From Tubulanus polymorphus (Eukaryota; Animalia; Nemertea), in contig NC_134031.1 in assembly GCF_964204645.1 (NCBI RefSeq), positions 2,418,001-2,482,000 on the forward strand: DNA of 64,000 nucleotides, read 5' to 3'. Under the pieces are notes generated by a model that was not told the origin of the DNA, did not search any database, and saw only the letters and a list, made by a program, of their open reading frames with translations. Positions 50,101 to 61,800 of the stretch are shown here, in pieces. The position numbers were made by a program, and so were the translations under genes. Position 1 is the first letter of the stretch. Each line of letters begins with the position of its first letter.

Positions 50101-53100
50101 GTTAACTTTTTTTTCTGCCTAATTTATTACATCTAGATTTTGGATATCTATATTGCTTTATAACTTTCCTTTCTGCCTATTTGAATACATCTAGATTTTG
50201 GATCTATATTACAATGTTAACTTCTTTTTTCGGCCTAATTTTATTACATCGAGATTTTGGATATCTATATTACAAGGTTAACTTTTTTTTCTGCCTTTTT
50301 GGATACGTCTAGATTTTGGATATCTATATTACAAGGTTAATTTTTTTTTCTACCTATTTCAATACATCTACATTTTGGATATCTATATTACAAGGTTAAC
50401 TTTCTTTTCTGCCTAATTTATTACATCGAGATTTTGGATATCTATATTACAAGGTTAATTTTTTTTCTGCCTGTTTCAATACAACTAGATTTTGGATATC
50501 TATATTACAAGGTTAATTTTTTTTCTGCCTAATTTATTACATCGAGATTTTGGATATCTATATTACAAGGTTAATTTTTTTTTCTGCCTATTTCAATACA
50601 TCTAGGTTTTGGATATCTATATTACAAGGTTAACTTTTTTTCTGCCTAATTTATACATCGAGATTTTGGATATCTATATTACAAGGTTAAATTTTTTTCT
50701 GCCTTATTTATACATCGAGATTTTGGATATCTATATCACGAGGTTTACTTTTTTTCGTGCCTTGCTGCTCCTGAATAAGTGATTATAAGATGTGCATTGT
50801 CTGTGCTGCTCCTGAATAAGTGTTTATAAGATATGCATTGTCTGTGCTGCTCCTTAATAAATGTTTATAAGATACGCATTGTCTGTGCTGCTCCTGAAAA
50901 AAATTGTTTATAAGATACGCATTGTCTGTGCTGCTCCTGAATAAGTGTTTATAAGATACGCATTGTCTCAGCTGCTCCTGCTTAATTGTTTATACATCTG
51001 GACATCTGGTATATCTATATTACAAGGTTACCTTTTTTTCTGCCTATTTGAATACATTGAGATTTTGGATATCTATATTACAAGGTTTATTTTTTTTTCT
51101 GCCTATTTCAATACGTCTAGATTTTGGATATCTATATTACAAGGTTAATTTTTTTTTTCTGCCTAATTTATTACATCGAGATTTTGGATATCTATGTTAC
51201 AAGGTTAACTTTTTTTCTGCCTAATTTATACATCGAGATTTTGGATATCTATATTACAAGGTTAAATTTTTTTTTCTGCCTATTTCAATACATCTAGATT
51301 TTGGATATCTATATTACAAGGTTAATTTTTTTTCTGCCTAATTTATTACATCGAGATTTTGGATATCTATATTACAAGGTAAACTTTTTTTCTGCCTATT
51401 TCAATACATCTAGATTTTGGATATCTATATTACAAGGTTAATTTTTTTTTTCTGCCTAATTTATTACATCGAGATTTTGGATTTCTATATTACAAGGTTA
51501 ACTTTTTTTCTGCCTAATTTATACATCGAGATTTTGGATATCTATATTACAAGGTAAACTTTTTTTCTGCCTATTTCAATACATCTAGATTTTGGATATC
51601 TATATTACAAGGTTAATTTTTTTTTTCTGCCTAATTTATTACATCGAGATTTTGGATATCTATATTACAAGGTTAACTTTTTTTTCTGCCTATTTCAATA
51701 CATCTAGATTTTGGATATCTATATTACAAGGTTAATTTTTTTTTTCTGCCTAATTTATTACATCGAGATTTTGGATATCTATATTACAAGGTTAACTTTT
51801 TTTTCTGCCTATTTCAATACATCTAGATTTTGGATATCTATATTACAAGGTTAATTTTTTTTCTGCCTAATTTATTACATCGAGATTTTGGATTTCTATA
51901 TTACAAGGTTAACTTTTTTTCTGCCTAATTTATACATCGAGATTTTGGATATCTATATTACAAGGTTAATTTTTTTTTCTGCCTATTTCAATACATCTAG
52001 ATTTTGGATATCTATATTACAAGGTTAACTTTTTTTCTGCCTATTTCAATACATCTAGATTTTGGATATCTATATTACAAGGTTAATTTTTTTTTTCTGC
52101 CAAATTTATTACATCGAGATTTTGGATATCTATATTACAAGGTTTACTTTTTTTCTGCCTAATTTATACATTGAGATTTTGGATATCTATATTACAAGGT
52201 TAACTTTTTTTTCTGCCTAATTTATACATCGAGATTTTGGATAGCTATATCATGAGGTTTACTTTTTTCATGCCTTGCTGCTCCTGAATAAGTGATTATA
52301 AGATGTGCATTGTCTGTGCTGCTCCTGAATAAGTGTTTATAAGATACGCATTGTCTCAGCTGCTCCTGCTAAATTGTTTATACATCTGGATATCTGGTAT
52401 ATCTACATTACAAGGTTACCTTTTTTTCTGCCCATTTGAATACATTTGAGATTTTGGATATCTATATTACAAGGTTAATTTTTTTTTCTGCCTATTTCAA
52501 TACATCGAGATTTTGGATATCTATATTACAAGGTTAACTTTTTTTTCTGCCTAATTTATTACATCTAGATTTTGGATATCTATATTGCTTTATAACTTTC
52601 CTTTCTGCCTATTTGAATACATCTAGATTTTGGATCTATATTACAATGTTAACTTCTTTTTTCGGCCTAATTTTATTACATCGAGATTTTGGATATCTAT
52701 ATTACAAGGTTAACTTTTTTTTCTGCCTTTTTGGATACGTCTAGATTATGGATATCTATATTACAAGGTTAATTTTTTTTTCTACCTATTTCAATACATC
52801 TAGATTTTGGATATCTATATTACAAGGTTAATTTTTTTTTCTGCCTATTTCAATACATCTAGATTTTGGATATCTATATTACAAGGTTAAATTTTTTTTC
52901 TGCCTAATTTATTACATCGAGATTTTGGATATCTATATTACAAGGTTAACTTTTCTTCTGCCTATTTCAATACATCTAGATTTTGGATATCTATATTACA
53001 AGGTTAATTTTTTTTTTCTGCCTAATTTATTACATCGAGATTTTGGATATCTATATTACAAGGTTAACTTTTTTTCTGCCTAATTTATACATCGAGATTT

Positions 53101-53711
53101 TTTGTATAGCTATATCACGAGGTTTACTTTTTTCATGCCTTGCTGCTCCTGAATAAGTGATTATAAGATGTGCATTGTCTGTGCTGCTCCTGAATAAGTG
53201 TTTATAAGATACACATTGTCTGTGCTGCTCCTGAATAAGTGTTTATAAGATACGCATTGTCTCAGCTGCTCCTGCTTAATTGTTTATACATCTGGATATC
53301 TGGTATATCTATATTACAAGGTTACCTTTTTTTCTGCCCATTTGAATACATTTGAGATTTTGGATATCTATATTACAAGGTTAATTTTTTTTTCTGCCTA
53401 TTTCAATACATCGAGATTTTGGATATCTATATTACAAGGTTAACTTTTTTTTCTGCCTAATTTATTACATCTAGATTTTGGATATCTATATTGCTTTATA
53501 ACTTTCTTTTCTGCCTATTTGAATACATCTAGATTTTGGATCTATATTACAATGTTAACTTCTTTTTTCGGCCTAATTTTATTACATCGAGATTTTGGAT
53601 ATCTATATTACAAGGTTAACTTTTTTTTCTGCCTTTTTGAATACGTCTAGATTTTGGATATCTATATTACAAGGTTAACTTTTTTCTGCCTATTTCAATT
53701 CATCGAGATTT
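47153..53711. repeat. Composite satellite: about 58-bp A units (roughly 100) interrupted by five blocks of 41-bp B units
   Basis: A = TTTTGGATATCTATATTACAAGGTTAA(T)nCTGCC followed by TATTTCAATACATCTAGA or TAATTTATTACATCGAGA. B = TGCTGCTCCTGAATAAGTGTTTATAAGATACGCATTGTCTG, blocks near 48404, 49803, 50762, 52275 and 53141. Confidence 0.97.
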
Positions 53712-55977
53712 AGACATAAGAAACTTTGAATCATTCCCACACCTTGATAAATCCAGAATTCAGCAAAGTCTTTTTAAAGATTCAATAAATCCTTCGCGCA
53801 AGAGCCAGAGTTACACTTCCTGTATTCTTTTAAAATCACACAATATTAATTTATACAATTGTCTTATCAACCCCTATGGTTTAGCTTTGAGCACTTTTGA
53901 GATGAAGATACTGAATTAATCTTCATCGTAGATACCTAATCAGTCATCTAATCTCCTCTATGATTTAAATTATCTGGGACAATATTTTATACGGGGCTTG
54001 AAATTTCTACACGAGATGAATTTCTGATCCGGAACAAATTTGGATTGATCACTATTTCAAACTGCTAATTTTGCATGAGAGCTTTCGATACCTAGTTTGA
54101 TCCAGAATTCCCCAAAACCTAACTGATTCAACAGATCCTACACATATGTGGCCCAGTTAGACGCAGACGACATTGCACGATACAGTCGTCTCATCCACTG
54201 CACTATTTTTTGAATAATTTTCACTTATATTAATTATATTGAATTGATTTTAATCAATCTTCTAGATATCTAAAGCAATCCGTTAATTAGTAATCATACT
54301 AGCTGCATTTTAATTGTCAGTTGAATTCATCACTATTTGAATTCATCAGAACTTAAGATAAAAGCACATTTTTAGTGGTAAATTAGAAATTCTCATAGCC
54401 AAATTGCTATATAATCTTTATTTCCCTTTTACAGTACACTGTGTATAAGGACCGAAAGACTTTGTTATGACTGGACCTCCCTGGTGCGGTGCGAGTCATG
54501 ATGCTGGAATATAGATTGAAGGAGAGGGGTTAGTAAAAAAGAGCTATTAGCAAGAGGAATAAGACCTAAGTTTAGGATATCCCGTCAAAATAAGGCTTTC
54601 GATCTGACATACACAGTGAAATTGAAATATTCCCCCTTCCAAATTCACGAATGTATTTGTGCACAGATTTGTTTTATCACCCTTCGATTGGAAGTCAATC
54701 TGCGTGAAATGATTTTGGCAATATGTATCAGAACTAATACAGCTGTATGAAGACACAATAGGTTCACTTTAGATACAGAAAAATAAATGTGCTCAGATAC
54801 GCATGCATCAGCTTTAAATGTCCATGGACCTGAATTAAAAATAATTTCATATAACATACTGAATTTACCTTACCGGTAATTGTAGATATCTAAGTAATAC
54901 GTTAATGAGTAATTCAAGCTATATTCTAATTGTCAATTAATAAACTATATCTATTATGCGTCACTTGACACACAGTATGGCTTTTAGATATCATTTGAAT
55001 CAGTAAGGTTTTGGTAAATTTTGGCAATATTGAAGAGCATGACCAGTCGCCGTAAGTACGGCAGTTGGAGATATAAATACTGATCAGTCAAAGAGCCTGA
55101 TTCACTTATCATAAAGATATGCTCAAATATACATACATCAGCTATATCTAAATTGTCAGTTTAATGATATTTATAATGGACCTGTATCACATATATATTA
55201 TTTCATACATAGCAATAAATAGTTTTTGATCTTACATGAAATATTAAATTCATCTTAATTGTAGATATCTAAGCCATTGGTTAATGAGCAATTTTTCCTA
55301 GCTATATATATGATGATTAAAACAAGGCACAGAGTATGGCTCTGGGGAATGACTTGAATTAATTACAGCTTTCTTTATTCTAGATTTATCAAAGTGCTGA
55401 GACCTAATCACAATTTCTAAAAGACCTGCAGTCCATCACTCAATCATTTCGTCCAATATTGTAAATATTCAAGCAATCATTGCCCTAGCTATATTTCAAT
55501 TTACTTTTAACAATATACCGGCCATAGAGCTTCAACAAAGTAGTGCGGAGATGGTGAGCTTGACCAGTGTCTCTATCCTCTCCAGTGCCTATGCATTCTA
55601 CCCCAGAAATATCAACTTAGCTTTATGTATGTATGCATTCCTGTTGCCATGCAGGATGAGACTGCCAGGTTTGGTTGCGGCAGACTTTCGGTGTTTGGTT
55701 CATTCAACATGGAGTCTTTTGTGGGCACTTCTAGTGGGTAGATTTTAGATGGGCCTTTCCGGATTAACCTGAAATGAGTAAAAGAACGATATTCTGTAGT
55801 TACACAATCCTTTCTGTGTCATACATCGTAATTTTCACATGTATCAACTTAACTTTCAATATTGCCGCGTTCAGTGTTCTTTTTTCGCCATCTTCTGTAG
55901 TCGCCTTCAGCATCTTCTTCTTCATCTTGGGAGTCCTGAAATGAAAAAAAAAGAGAAGAGCAATGAAAACCTGGTAC

Positions 55978-56746
55978 GGAACAAAAATAATGTCTTTACA
56001 GCTCTCCGTCGCCGGTCACATGCCGAGAACACCAGACAAAGAGCCAGCCAGGAATATACTGCCCTCTACACGCCCTCACACAGAACGCGAAAACCAGGAT
56101 GACAACGCCTCACATTCCCCATCTAACTGCAGGATGTACTGGGCGACGTCAGTAACTGACACACCTGTTAAATTGCACGAAACACAAATAGCGCAGTACA
56201 ACCAGCTTGACCGGGTTGAGATTCAGGATCTCAACTAGCACCCAAAAGCGTGACAAGAGACTTCATCCACTGACCGAGGTTGTCACAAGGACACAATGAA
56301 ACTAGCACTCACAAGCCGACGAGAGACTTCATCCACTGACCGAGGTTGTCACAAGGACACAATGAAAACTAGCACTCAAACTAGAAATCAAAGAGCGTGA
56401 CAGTAGAATCATCCCTCAGCCGACTCAGAATACCAGAAACAAAGAGCGTGACAGTAGAATCATCCCTCATCCGGGCGGTCACAAGGACACAATGAATGCT
56501 AGTAGCGTGACAATCCAGTATAACCGCTCCATTTGTATCCCGCGCAATCCCGCAAATATGCCCGTCATTGACATCACTCAGCACACTTTGTAGATAGGTG
56601 GGGGCAGTGAGGCCTCGTCATCCTGGTTTTCGTGTTCCGTATGAGGGCGTGTAGAGGGCAGAATTTCCTGACCGACTCTTTGTCTGACATCCTCGACACG
56701 TTACCGGCAAAGGAGAGCTGACGCTTTCGGACATTAGTTTTGTTCC
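55978..56746. repeat. Diverged 180-bp inverted repeat with a 407-bp loop containing short tandem duplications
   Basis: 55978-56156 aligns to the reverse complement of 56564-56746; perfect cores CTGCCCTCTACACGCCCTCA and CGAAAACCAGGATGAC. Confidence 0.9.
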
Positions 56747-57589
56747 AGCAAACGTTGAAATTCGACAGAGAAATCGGCCCTGAAAAATAAAACGGATTAA
56801 ACCCTGAAAAATAGAACGCATTAATTAACACGGAACAGTACAGGACAGCACAGAGACGAACAGTAACACATAAAACATAAAGACGTCGTTCCTCAGGAAG
56901 CAGGAACAGGAGCAGGAGCGCAGCGAAAATCGCCAGGAGGAGAATCCACGGTAGCATGTTCACAGTGTGAGTTAGCCGAGGTGAATGGTCTATGCTTATG
57001 TACACCGTGGTCAGCCGGTGACGTATTCAATAGCGCGTATAAATGATATCAACAACTCTGAAAAGCCGCAATTGTGTCTCTATTGTTGAATAGATTTACA
57101 ATGAGAGCTTATAGAAGGTTCCACTGGGTTGAATACGCGCCAGCTATACAATATCGTGGAACTTTAAAGGCCATGATTGCATGAAATAAATGACTTGATT
57201 CCCAACAGCTTCCCTCTCCGAATTTAGCCGCCGCCGTGATTCGACCAGGAGTAAATTAGGCCCCTCAAAGTTGATACTTTGTTTCTCATCCAAACCTCCC
57301 TCGCCGGCGCCGGACATGAGGGCGGGCGAATTTTTTGGTTATGAGATTTTTAGAAATAAGCTTATAAAACAAAAGTGGAAATAAACTCGTATCTTATATA
57401 TTTTCCAGGTAGACGAAGGCGGGAAGTTTTTTCTGTTTAAATCCAAAAATTATTCACTGTGTAGAGGTCTAGAAAATTAGTGAAAAACATCTTAATGTTT
57501 TGAAAAAGTGGATATCTTTATGTCATGAATGTATACATTTACTGGGATTCGAACCAAGCGCCACGTGAATTAATTACCTCCACAATCAA

Positions 57590-57630
57590 ACATTGTAATC
57601 AATTCAAATTCAATTCAATACTTTATTTAG
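57590..57630 (-). mobile_element. Possible LINE/SINE 3' tail
   Basis: Minus strand AATAAA followed by (TTGAA)n, a tail type seen in CR1/L2-class elements. Confidence 0.35.
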
Positions 57631-58888
57631 ATATTTTGAAGACTTTATATGGTGTATCGTTGACGGGTTGTTTGTGAATTGAACTCGTACATCTTTCGTG
57701 TCAGGGAATGATCTGTCGATGAAGAAAGTCAATTCGGTCAGTATTTTCTTACCTAGAGTCCATGATGAAATATACTCATCAGCTGCTCGTGGTCTTCAGC
57801 AGCAGCAGCAGCAGCCAGGATGGATAAAAAATACCAATCTCCCGCGCTCCCGACTGGCGACTCGACTTAGTGGTTACATTCTCAAGCACTCCTCAAGACA
57901 CCAGTTCTCTGCATTCGTCAGTTTGAGGCTCTACTCAGCAATATCTTAACCAGTTTGCTTTCTCCTCGACCTCACCCTGTCGCAATTAATGTTGATCATG
58001 CAACTTACTCCTCCCTATTCTGAATACCAGTCGTTGTTACGGTTCCGTACAACCAGGAACAACGGCTAATGTCCATTTCAACCTGACTTGAGAGCATTTC
58101 ATGCCTTCGTACCAAACTTCAATTGGTAGGCATGGAGACATATTGTTAAACTTTGAAATCATGGAGTCACTTCTCTTCATTTAACCCCTTTCAGTGAAGA
58201 CTTTTTGCATATCCTTCAATACAGTTTCAAATGGATTAAAAAATGATGATTTAGGTCGACTGCTTGTCCTGTCTGGTCCTGATAAGACCTTCATCAGGTA
58301 TGTACTATAAAAAATGAGCAAGCTAGGCCACCCGGAATGCTCTCAAGTCAGGTTGAAATAGACATTAGGTACTAGACTAACTCCTCCCTACTAAAGATTA
58401 CAAAATTACAGGTAGCCTCTCTAGTAGACCATCCATGCGATGATGATGTATGTAACCCATAAGATTTTTTCCCTAAATAGCTCTTATAAATTTATCATAT
58501 AGTTCATATAGGCCTAACAAGAAAATTCAATGTATGATAAAATAAATCACTTATGATTTTGAAAATATATCAAATATTACATGAAAATCATGTTTGGAAT
58601 ACAATCTATGATTTAGATATTATTACTGGCTGATCATTGGGTAGAGATGATGAGCTGGCAAGTGTTGTGAAAATTGATTATTTAGCAGCAGGCCAGTGAA
58701 AGGTCAGTGAGAGAAGAATTTTATTAATAGAAAGGCTCTGGTGACACGTGTTGTCTGGTGACTGGAGAAAATCAACAACAGATGTCGACATTAAATTGAT
58801 GTCTTCCCGTGCCGGTATTTAATAGACATGTCTCACCAAGCATTTAAAATACTGAGAAAAGAAAGTCTTGTACATTAATCGTTTGAAC

Positions 58889-61800
58889 ATGAATGAAGAA
58901 GTTGATAAGACGGAGGTCTCCGCCGAGCAAGGAGGCAGTGTTCGCAAACGCGTTGTGGAAAAAGAGGATTCGAAGGATACCGCTGCGCATTCTAAAGCCA
59001 ATGAAAAGGAAAAAGATGAGGCGTTGGATAAGAAAAATGATGATTCGGATGATGAAAAGGTCTTAGAACTGCAGTGAAGTCCGCTTAATTCGGATCATTT
59101 AGGACCAACAAAATTCATCCCGTTTACGGGAGATATGGATAAAACGTCATTTTCTCGCATATTAATGAACAAATCTGGACTGCAATGTCCAAATTAGACC
59201 AAAATACGGATTAAGCCAATCCGGATTAAGCGGTTAGACTGTATATTTAGTTTAGGAAGCCTAGATTTATGAGGTCGTTAAATGTGATATATGAATAAGG
59301 CTTTCAGTGTTAACTATCAGACTTTGACCCAATTTCAAAGTTCATTATATTTCCATATTCTATATAGCCTGTGCTATTGCTATCATGCATCGATTAGGAG
59401 AACTGAGCTGAGAGCTAGGATATCCAACTAAACTTGTTCTTATATCCAGGTTTTTTTATTTCAATAGGCATTACGTAGGTTTTCAGGGGCAAGTTAAAAT
59501 TAAGTTCATGTTCATAGAATCAGGGAATCAGGGAATTTCTGGTTAAGGGGTCAGGGAAATCAGGGAAATATCGTGGAGTTGTGAATTCCCTGATTTGTAC
59601 GAACCTTTAAGTTTTTAAGAATTATTTATTTTTTCAGGGTAAAAACGGCACCAATTCCACTAGTGGAGTATGGAATGCGCGTTGGCATAAAGGACTGATA
59701 TTCACATTAGCGTGCGTCGTATGTTCGAGTTCATTGATCGTTTACTTGATTTATAACTATTCGTCGATCGTCGCGCGGCACCGGAAAAACCCGTTGATGA
59801 TGTCGTGGAAAGATTTCGAAATGATCGATCTGCCGGCGGAAATGATAGCGAAAAGTAAAAATGTTAAAATTCACACGCGAACCGTGGATTTCAAGTTAGA
59901 TGGACAGGTAAATTTTGCTAGTTCAATACCCGGAGCAGACGCAGCCCTTGTGTTGCCGTGGTTTTGAGTTTGGAGACTTTGAAATTAATTCATGTTTCTT
60001 TTACTGAATATTCTGAATGAATCCCTGTCTTTCTCTATGAGAGTCAAGTAAAACCCTTAAATATGAAGAAAAATGTTCAAATACCATATAGGCCTATCTA
60101 AGCCCCTGTTTCATTTAGAAGACTGTTCATAAAGGATTCATACCCCTTTAGGTGTAATAGTTTGTTTTTTTTTCAGCCCAGCTTGAAAATCATATTTTAC
60201 TGGATGATAATGATCAACGATTCATGTTTTACAGGATGTGAAGACGTTCGTACGCGAACCTGAACAACAAGGCGATAAAACAGCGGTATTACTGTTGCAC
60301 GGCAACGCGTTCTCTTCGGAAAACTGGCAGAAAATCGGAACGATTCAACTGGTAGCGACTTTCGGTCATCGTGTGTTCGCCGTCGATGTTCCAGGTAGTA
60401 AGTTAGTTCATCATGTCTGACAAAATATCAATGGCACATCGGCCTAGTGTGACCATAATACGCATTGTTGTTTGTAGCAAGGAGCAATGCGGCATTGCAC
60501 TGCTTTACAATGCTGCAAAATATGACAAGTTGCTCTTTCAATGAGGATTCTACGTTTGACTGTGGCAATCAAGGATTCCACTTGTGGCAAGCGAGGAAGC
60601 ACTAGGTAGTTTGCTAGCGTGTTTTAGAATAATACCACGATTTCTCTTTCAATAGCGAATAATGAATTAAACTTGTGCTATACATGAACAGAATTTATCT
60701 AATTTCTGATATGGGCTAAAATCAATCTGCCCTGTTGATACACGCTATCTAGTGAGATAACCAACTGCACAGGGTCCTCATTGCTGGAAATAATATCACA
60801 TATCCATAAAAAAATGTATATCTATTTTCAGGTTATGGTAATTCCCCTGCCATCGGAAAATACGATAAAGGCTCATACGTGGAGAAATTGATCGAGGCTC
60901 TGGGTATAACCCGTCCAATATTGGTGGCGCCATCGATGGCCGGATCGTTCGCTATGCCTTTTATATTGAAGAGTCCTGAGAATGTACACTTAAAACTGAG
61001 TGGATTCGTACCTATAGCGATCGTAGGAACGGAATACAAAAAACATTTCTTCTATCAGAAAGTATTGGTAAGTATAAGTTGAAATAGGAAATAACGAAAA
61101 TTTGATGAGTAGAACTTTCATCCAACTAAATAATCAGTGATTACCTGATTCAGTTAGACAAGATATCAAAGTTCAAGAGCCATATGCCTCGAGTCCTCAA
61201 GATGTTTAGATTTTGAAAACCAGGCTCTTAAGTCCATTTTAATTCTATAGCCAATAGAATATGTTTTTATTATAGAAATTTAAGTGTTCATTGTATTAAA
61301 ATCTGAGACCAATTTTGGCCGGGGGGGCAGTTGCTCATAAGTTGGTTAAAGATAACTGGTGCTTTGCTAGTTGCCACTATGAGATATCTCCTTGTTAGCC
61401 TGTAGCTGAATGCCAAGACAATCTTACCAGTTACACCAACCAGAAACTAGATACTAGACTGATCTCGTAGTACTTTACCAGTTACCGCTATAGATGTACC
61501 ATGGATATGTATGGAATGATGTTATAAGTTGTCTCAGCTGAACTGTATGAGACACGAGTCTATTGTGCTATTGTACGTATTGTTATAGTAGGAAGACGGC
61601 ACCAGCTACAAACTGCTCATCAATTACAAGTTTTATTAAAGAAAATGACTCATCATTTACAAAGAATAATATCGAGGAGACACCTGTATCTTAGAGCCAG
61701 ATGTTTAACTATTATTGAATTTAAACCGTTCTTTATTAATATCGCATCAATTTTTGTTTGATACGTCGACTATAGCCGTGATCACATAAATATTCTACTC

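Larger units (their letters stand above)
43320..57050 (-). ncRNA. Probable spliced lncRNA divergent from ABHD14 and spanning the satellite
   Basis: Minus-strand acceptors (exons starting at 56803/56779, 55935, 55768, 47000, 46663) and donors (46725 GTAAGT, about 54868 GTAAAT); purine-rich exon 55854-55935; no sustained ORF. Ends are inferred. Confidence 0.4.

Noticed and set aside
47153-53711. CRISPR-like regular array and the ORFs within it
   Set aside because: No unique spacers, no cas genes, eukaryotic context; the ORFs are translations of the satellite unit.
58067-58367. 32-bp inverted repeat enclosing a CTGATGA stem motif
   Set aside because: The GAAA half of a hammerhead is missing and no TSD is evident; likely a decayed retroelement fragment.
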